From: Cladosporium halotolerans
Lineage: Eukaryota
NCBI RefSeq assembly: GCF_011745625.1
Contig: NW_027191472.1
Span: 310,001-374,000, forward strand
Direction: 5' to 3'
Length of the DNA: 64,000 nt
The notes beneath the pieces were generated by a model that searched no databases, was not told the origin of the DNA, and saw nothing but the letters and a program-made list of their open reading frames with translations. Shown here in pieces: positions 56,538 through 64,000 of the stretch (positions within the stretch are counted from its first letter, which is position 1; each line of letters begins with the position of its first letter). Both the position numbers and the translations under genes were made by a program.

Positions 56538-59500
56538 TTACAGTATCAACATCAACAGCATTGCCGAGCCCGCGACCGAACCCGCGAGCGACGCACCGCT
56601 TGGCAACTGCCCAGCCGCGCTGTCAGAAGATGCCGCGTCTGTTTCCGAGCTAGAACTTGTCTCTGTAGGGTCAAGGCCAGTGCTTGACGTTCCGGTGGCG
56701 CTTTCTGAAGAAGAGTCTTCAGTGGTTTGCACTGGCACTGTCGAGGTTGCATCGTCCTCAGCCACGACCATAGCGCTGCCGCTTGCTTGAGCAATGAAGG
56801 TCTTACCACCCACGACAGTCGTCTGTCCTGGCGTCAGCGTCAGCGTCCGATTGCCGTCCTTGACGATGATCGAGCTCCCGTCCGCAGAAGCTACGACCTC
56901 GTCGTCGCTAGTTGCCTGTTTCGAAAGTGTTGACGTTCTGCCACCGTCCACCATCACGACGGCTCCTCCAGTGGATGCCGCGCTCAAGGTCTTGCCGTCT
57001 ATGACCGTTGCTTGCCCTGCGCTCATTGTGAGAGTCCTGCTGCCTTCTTGAATGACAACTGAGTCTCCGTCAGCAGAGACCACGTGCGCCTCATCGTTTG
57101 ACGCTCCATTTGTGTCGGCAGATTTGAAAGAAGCAGTCTGCCCGCCGTGCACAAGGATTCCACCTGCAGAGGCAACGCTGATCTGCTCGCCAGCGAAGGT
57201 GGCCACGGTCCCGGGCGACATTGTGATTGTTGCGTCGGGAGCCTCTAGGATAATGGACGATCCTTGGGAAATAGCGGTGAAAGTTGACCCGTCCTTGGTC
57301 CAGACTGCGGTGCTCTCAGCGGCACTCTGCATGGCTTTGTTGGGAATGGCGAAGGTTGCTGTGCCTATCGCGAGTTCCGCGCCCTCGGAATTGATTTGGA
57401 CGGTTTGCGAGCCAAAAATCTGAAGACTGCCAGGCTGAGCAGTTATAGTTTGTGTCGCGTCTGCTAGAATGACGCCATTACCTTGCCTCGAGGCTGTTAT
57501 GACTTGGCCATTGACAGTCAGAGAAGTTGCTTCAGCCACTGGACCCGCTTGTGCTCCTATGAAGTGAGTCGCAGAGCTGTCGACTACCACAGCACCACCG
57601 CCTGGTGCAGCACTGTACACGTGGGTGCCGATGGTAGCCGCTCCGCCTTGTGTAACAGCTGCGGAAAGCCCATCTTGTGCGATGATGATCGACTCTCCTG
57701 CCTGTTTGATGGTTGCAGAGCCTCCGCCTTGCAGAGACGCCACCATGGCAGTGGGACTCCCTTGAGAAGGTCCGGACTGGCCCGTGAAAGGTTCCGGATC
57801 CGAGGGGTCATTTACTGCCTGCGTTTGGTGGGCGGGAGAGTTGCCAGGTGAAGGTTCAGCTTCCGGTGATTGGCCATCGCTGCTCGAATCAGAATCGGCA
57901 GGGTTGGCGCCGTTTGCCGGAGGATATTGCTCTCCTTTGGCTGAAGCCTCTGCAGATGCGAGTACGGACAGAGCATTCGTCGTAGCTGGTTTGTTATCTG
58001 GGCTATCCAATATAGGTGCAGGGCCACTGTCGGCTGGTTGTGTCGGATGGTCATCGGTGCTACTTTGCCCGTTGCTAGCGGGAGGGTCATTGCCGGCCTG
58101 CTGCTTTGGTCCATCATCTGTATTGCCTTGATCATTTGCAGCCGGATCATCACTTGTGTCAGATCCCGGCGCTGCATCTGGACTCGAAGTCGGCTTTGGC
58201 TGCTGCAAGGTCCCCCCGGAAAGTTCACCATCTGCAGGCTTGCCGGCCGTCGTTGCCGGCTTATCACTAGAGTCTACTGTCTGTGAATCTCCTGTACTTG
58301 GCTCGGGGTCTTGGTTCTCTGGTAGTGATGTATCGGAAGGCTTGGCCGGCTCAGGCTTTGAGGTGACCGGTGGATCAGTAGGTTTCGGGGTCGATGCGGG
58401 TGCAGCATCTGTCGTAGTGTCTGGGTTCCCGGCTGGGACGGTTGGTTTTGCTATAGAGTCCGCTGGTGTGAGAGCGATAGGAGGATCGTAGACGCCGTTA
58501 ATGCCACCGATGCAGTTTGCCCAGTCGGGGTCGAGGTCACGCACTTCCATCGGGATGGACAGAATCGGGTCTGTCATCAGAGAGTCAGCGAGGTGGGATT
58601 TATGTTGAGCCTTAATTGGAGTTGATTGGTCTGATGGAAGTGTATAATCCACCTAGGGTACGTAATCATCCCATATTTGATGAAGAGGTTGGTAAAGAAA
58701 AGAAGACTACTCACCGTAAGGTGCTGTGCGTGGGCAAGTCCAGTTGGCAGGCATCGTCAATTGGTTCCCTCTCCGAGGATCAAACATGGCGTACGAAGAA
58801 GCACATCTAGGCTGACTCTGATAGATGTAGTCGGGAACCGGCGTGACGTATAAGTCAGTGAAATTGAACGATGCAGGTGATCCTAGACCATTGTAACGAC
58901 CCCAGCCATAGAGGGAACTCAGATTCGCCGTGTTCGTGATGGCGACGATTTGATCGTAATGAGTCTTGCCGAACAGGCTGCAGCTGTCGCGAGCATAGAG
59001 GGAGTCGAACGAAACGTACACAGTTGGGCTAGTCAGAGTGGTACCGAGAGTGACGATGGTAGCTTTCTCGCTGCTGTTGCGAGTGATCGCAGAGTAGTTG
59101 CCATTTATCCAGGTGCTAGAAGCGGGAGGCCAGTAGATGAGCTGGACAGTTCCACCGTTGATCTGACATGACTGGCAACCACAGGAGCGAAGGCGTAAGA
59201 TGGATCCCAGAAGAAGTTGTTGGTTGTTATCGTGGCGGTCTCCTGTTCCGTGCCTTTTGTCGTGGTCGTTGTGATGGTCGTCCAGTTCATCCCGCCGCCC
59301 ACAACTCCATCCGACTGATGTCCATAGTATTGCTCATTTCGGAGAAACGCATCAACGAGCGTGGAGCATACAGATCCGGTGACGGCGGCTTGAGTGCAGG
59401 ATGGAGACGGTCTGATGGCAAGCGAAATCAGTCGGTCGTCCTCAGATTGCCAAGATGCCACCGGTCCTGAGCATGATGGTGCTTGTGAGCTGGCGTAGAC

Positions 59501-60325
59501 GTTGCTGGTGCAGCCTTCCGGCTTCGTGAGTGTGCGAGAGGCGTATTTATAGTAGACCCAATCTTCCCAACTTGATTGACATTGTGGCACGTAACTCGGA
59601 AGGGTGCATGATGGTTCGATCAAAGTGCCATTGCCAAAGAAATCAATGGATTTCCACTGGCTCCAGGTTTGAGACGTTAGACGAGTGGTAATTGGTGAGC
59701 TCCAATCTGAAAAAGAGGTGGACACTCCCGCTACGGTCGTATATGTTGCCTGAGGATGCACGCCATTGTACACTGTTACGGTCGTCGTTCCGGAAATGAC
59801 TGAGGATGTGAAGTCGTAGCTATAGTCGGTAAAGAGCTTGGTGGTGGTCATGCCCACCTGGATATTCGTCCATGCTCGAGACGCCGATGAGTTTGCGGAC
59901 CAATATGCGCTCCATTGCTGCCAGCAGTCACCCGTGAAGGACAGTGTGTAGTTCCCCGAAATAGGTGGGGTCGTTATTAATGCACTGGCGCTCGAAGAGG
60001 ATGTTGTGGCAGTCGCCTGGGCCGTCGTGTTCGTACGTAAGGACTCAGCCAGTGACGATGTTTCTGTGGTCTTGCTGGCCGAGCGACTCATTCCCATCCC
60101 AGCTGCTACGAAAGCACCCAAGCCATCGGAGGAGGTCTTGGTGCTCGTAGTCAAAAGTTTCGAAGAGAAGTCAGAAACATCGGCCTTCCCTGATGTCCCT
60201 GCGCTCAAATTCGTGGTCGTGTTGCTCCATAGCGTGCCGTTTAACTCAGCATTACCGATAGAGCTGCAGAATATCAGTGCAAACACCAGCAAGACTGCTC
60301 GTATACTCGACCCGCTGTATGCCAT
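56538..60325 (-). CDS. Large secreted Ser/Thr-rich, probably GPI-anchored cell-surface protein with one apparent frameshift
   Basis: Signal peptide, Cys-rich core (GCQSCQINGGTVQLIYWPP, TLTSPTVYVSF, LDPDWANC...YDPPIAL), beta-rich T/G repeats and hydrophobic C-terminus. Intron 58571-58714. Frame break at 59181-59182. Confidence 0.8.
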
Positions 60326-61315
60326 GTTGCGGCACGGAGCGAAAGGCGCGGTGTCAAGCGAAGTACATGAAGTGGGAAGAGGACACTATGGGAAGAGAAC
60401 ACAAGCCTCACCTTTGACGCCCATGTGTGCGAATGCGCTGAGAATAGCGCATCCTGCAGGCACACGCCAGCCACGATGGCCGTCCTCGTCCGAGTGTGGC
60501 ACTGTGGGTCGCTCATCTTTCAGCCGAAGGATTTTGGCTCCGTTTCAGTTACAGAGCCGCCAGCTCGAATTAGCAAGCCGGTGGCACGCCTTAGATCCGG
60601 GCCGACAAACGATAATGGGTGACAAAGACGCTTCACCAGGGTTAGATAGTCTCGACAAGCTGGTCTGGCAGGGGTTGTCGCTCACCTTATACGGTAAAGC
60701 TCGTGAATACTAGCAAGGAGGTCAGGCAGAAACGCAGCTGGGGAGATTGCCGGCTGGAAGGTGTCCACCTGAATTTGCCGCTTTCGGTGCCTGATTGTAA
60801 ACCATACCTTATATCATCCATGCCCTCGCTGGAGCTGATCCTTCTATCATGATCTTGGCGCATTGCTTGGTCACCGACCGTCCGCTTGTATACCTATGTT
60901 TCTGTTGGCCGGCTGACAAAATCGACGATCCCTCGTATTTCGCGAGGCCAATAGACAAATTTCCCGCAGACGCCCCTTCGATCAAACAATTTGAGGGAGA
61001 GCCACAGGCACTGATTCGGCTTGGTAAATGAGCGAGTCTGTCCGTTTTGGTTGCAAACTTGTCGGCGAGGGCCTATAAGCCATGTGTTTCGACATTAAAG
61101 AGGGCCCGGCAGTCCAGGGTTTGTAAGTCAGACATTAAACTCAAAATCTTGCAAGAAGGACACGCTCTTGAATAGCTACGCAGTCAAATCCCTCCATCAC
61201 ATGATGACCATGGGCTTCAGATGCATTGCGACTATGCCGACACCGGAATTCTCGCGGCATAACTGAGCCATTCTCATAGTTGGATCCCCTTAGGCTAGCC
61301 CATAAACATCATCTC

Positions 61316-62668
61316 CTACTCTCGCTCCCTCAATAATCCCTCGCCTTCCTCTTCCCTCCTCTCCAACCTGACCCTTCTCCTGCCCTCCACCCACCCTTTC
61401 AACACAAGCCCATAATGCCACCCCAACCCCGCCACAAACCCCACAGCATCGTTCTTGAACGCCAGACACCCCGCCGCCGTAACAAGCATAACCATCCACC
61501 TCTCCCTACCCTCCCTCTCTACTCTCGCCCTTTTCTCCTCCCTGCCCTCCCTATCCTCCCCATTCCCAAACTCCCGCTCCGCCCGCGCCCACAAATCCTC
61601 CGCCGGCACGCTCACCTCCCGTCCCACCTTCGCCAACTCGACTCCCGCCGCCAGCACCATCACGCCCAGCAGGCTCTTCGGGAATCGCTGCAGAACCGGC
61701 ACGACAGCTTCGCCCGCAAAGAGGCCCAGGAGCAATTTGACGCTCCCGAGCACGATTATGCTCGCGCCGCTGCGCGCGCCGAAAGCGTACTGGCCCGCGA
61801 GTCCGCCGCTGCCGTGGCACACGGACATGGCGCCGAACCAGCAGCCGAGGATGTTGGAGAGCGCGACGGAGAGGCCGAGGGAGGTTGTGCTGGGTGGTGG
61901 GGGGAAGGTGGGGAAGAGAGAAGCCGAGAGGGAGGTTACGGCTAGGATGCTGTTGAGAGTTGTTAGGGGGAGTTGGGGGAGGGAGGCAGAGAGGGCTGCT
62001 GGGAGCCAGGTGGATTTGGAGGGGACAAAGGGGTGTGGGTGCCAGAGGGCGGAGTGGTGGCCGGTGGTGGTTTTGGAGGGTTGGGTGGCGGCTAGGAGGA
62101 GGCCAAGTAGGAAGATGCTCAGGGCGTAGGGAACTCTGGGGAAGAGGGTGGTGAGGATGAGGAGTATGAAGGCGGCGATAGCGAGGAGCCTGTTGTCCAG
62201 AGCAGGTGTGTGCCATCCTAGGGGTTGGATTAGGGAGGTTCCGGCGCTGATTGCCAGGCTGAGTCCGGCGCCGACTTGGATGCCTTTGACGACAGGGACA
62301 GGCACCACCCTGTGTAGCCAGTGTAGTAGACCAGTCACACTGAGTAGTAAGACAGCGAAGGAGACTATCAAGCCAGCGGCGGCGGTCTCTTCTTTGCTGA
62401 ACTTTTGGCTGATTGCTACGGCGGCGATGGCTTTCATTGGCTGCACCGGCAGAGGTACTCCGAAGAAGGCGCCAGTGAGGATGTTGGCGAGGCCGGAGAA
62501 AACCAGTGTGCTGGCCAGATCGATTGAACCGCCTATGCTCAGAGCGATCATCAACGGCAGAAGGGTGCCAAGATCACCCAAGGAGCCGGACAGCTCCGCC
62601 AAAGGTGCATCGCGCAGGGTTCTGAGGTTGTGCTTCGCTACCGCCTGCAGACGCGAGCGGAGTTCCAT
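61316..62668 (-). CDS. Molybdate transporter (MOT1 family, often annotated as sulfate transporter)
   Basis: ELSGSLGDLGTLLPL, PLPVQPMKAIAAVA, PVVKGIQ, PQLPLTTLNS and CHGSGGLAGQYAFGARSG. Confidence 0.92.
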   Translation of the reverse strand: MELRSRLQAVAKHNLRTLRDAPLAELSGSLGDLGTLLPLMIALSIGGSIDLASTLVFSGLANILTGAFFGVPLPVQPMKAIAAVAISQKFSKEETAAAGLIVSFAVLLLSVTGLLHWLHRVVPVPVVKGIQVGAGLSLAISAGTSLIQPLGWHTPALDNRLLAIAAFILLILTTLFPRVPYALSIFLLGLLLAATQPSKTTTGHHSALWHPHPFVPSKSTWLPAALSASLPQLPLTTLNSILAVTSLSASLFPTFPPPPSTTSLGLSVALSNILGCWFGAMSVCHGSGGLAGQYAFGARSGASIIVLGSVKLLLGLFAGEAVVPVLQRFPKSLLGVMVLAAGVELAKVGREVSVPAEDLWARAEREFGNGEDREGREEKRARVEREGRERWMVMLVTAAGCLAFKNDAVGFVAGLGWHYGLVLKGWVEGRRRVRLERREEEGEGLLRERE

Positions 62669-63128
62669 GGTTGCTGCAGGAGCTGAGCAGCGCTGCGAGA
62701 CACCGTTATGATTTCAGGAAAATAGTTGTTATAGGAAATACCGCCTTATCTCCATCTCCCGGAGAAAGCAATTGAGGTTACGGAAGTGACTAAAGATAAG
62801 ATGCGAGAGTCAGACTGATGAATCGAGCCCGGCGTCACGCGGCATTTGACGTGGTGTCTCCACCTGCAAGCTGCATGTGCCATGGGTGCTGACCGCACCT
62901 GTGCTTTCCCACCATGACTTTGTGCAACACCGAGCGGTACACAATGCGAGACGTCGCGATCGTTACCAGAGCCACTGAAGTTGTTCATTCATTGCCTTTT
63001 GACCCATGTTTTAGCCTAGCAGCGAATGCAGATGCGGAGGGCTACTTCCGCCAGCTACGTCCACCAGCGACTGTGCCCACACTCCGACCCAGCACTCATC
63101 CACGTGACAACCTCCCAACAGTCCTGCA

Positions 63129-63932
63129 TTAGGGTAACGAATCGTCGCCCTCTCCACCCTCGCCTCCATTCTCATCCTCACTCTCGCTGCTACCCTCCTC
63201 CCTCTCCTCTTCCAACCCCATCAACTTTCCAGTCACCCCCAGCACGCCCTCGCCCTGCTCCTTCCCAAGCACTCCCTCCTCGACTGCGAGTTTGATACAG
63301 TCGCGCGCTTCTGTCATGTGCTCGTAGCAGTCCTCGCGCTCGCTGCACGCCAGCACCAAGCTGGCGTGCGCACGCATCATGAGCGGTAGGTCGGCGTGCT
63401 TGCCGTGCGCGGTGAGGAGCGTGCTGGCGATGTGCGCGGCGTCGGTGGAGGGTGTGGTGGTCTTGGAGTCGTTGTTTCCGGAGGTGGTGGCGGACTGGGA
63501 TTGGGCGAGCATCATCTAGCGATGGTGGTTAGTATGATGGTTGGGGTGGGAGGGGGGAAGGGAGAGGCAGGGACGTACGGAGTTGTGCAGATCGATGTAG
63601 GTCTTTAGGCGGGGGCTGGTCTCATCTTCGGAGGTTGAGGCCTTTGATTCATCCTTGCTGTGCGTTGCTGTCTCGATCTTGACAGGAGTGATGGTAACGG
63701 TGGGCTGCTGGTTTTCGTCCGTCGGAGGCATATCATTGGTAGAGTGGTCAGATAGGCTGGTGCCTTTCGCGTTGCTGTTCGCGATTTGCTCGTTCTGTTG
63801 CTGGACCTTATTACTGGCGTGAGGTTCCTTCGTGGTTGACGGTTCGTGGGCGATGGCAGTTGCGTCTGTGGCAGGTTGAAGGCAACGCTCCTTCCCTTTG
63901 TCAGCCGGAGCTTGGTCGTTGGAGGTGTTCAT
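63129..63932 (-). CDS. Hypothetical protein (2 exons)
   Basis: Intron 63516-63578 (GTACGT...CTAAC...TAG) joins two ORFs in frame. Helical C-terminal part DLPLMMRAHASLVLACS. Confidence 0.7.
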
Positions 63933-64000
63933 GTCGGCGGCGGGTCTTGATACTGCAAAGAGTGAGAGAAACAGACTGAGAGCTCGTTTGCTGAATTCCG

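Noticed and set aside
62745..62800. Two GATA sites upstream of the molybdate transporter (possible AreA control)
   Set aside because: Biologically plausible, but two 6-mers are not distinguishable from chance without conservation data.

Overview
Eukaryotic DNA from a filamentous ascomycete: short GT-AG introns with CTRAC/CTAAC branch sites, and a gene set typical of Pezizomycotina. About 20 host genes are recognisable, including an isochorismatase-AlkB fusion, a Yra1/ALY-family RRM protein, haspin kinase, a spermidine-synthase-like methyltransferase, a GT90 glycosyltransferase, a TPR protein, SRAP/HMCES, a C2-RasGAP, DUF3632, an RNase T1-family nuclease, DNA polymerase eta, Tpa1, a MARVEL protein, a Gyp2/Mdr1 RabGAP and a MOT1-type molybdate transporter. 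Four genes appear disrupted. The most unusual region is about 27.2-33.45 kb. It holds a ~4 kb head-to-tail array of ~115-130 bp repeats with sub-families, a divergence gradient and some B-box-like motifs. The array abuts a TATA promoter and an intronless gene for a coiled-coil protein with TQT (LC8/dynein light chain-type) motifs and a C-terminal membrane anchor. Two covarying copies of a ~130 nt three-way-junction RNA with loop-E motifs and UUCG loops follow, then a TTTGGG telomere-variant tract and a terminal GNRA hairpin. No transposase or reverse transcriptase is visible. All product calls come from motif recognition by eye, not database searches.
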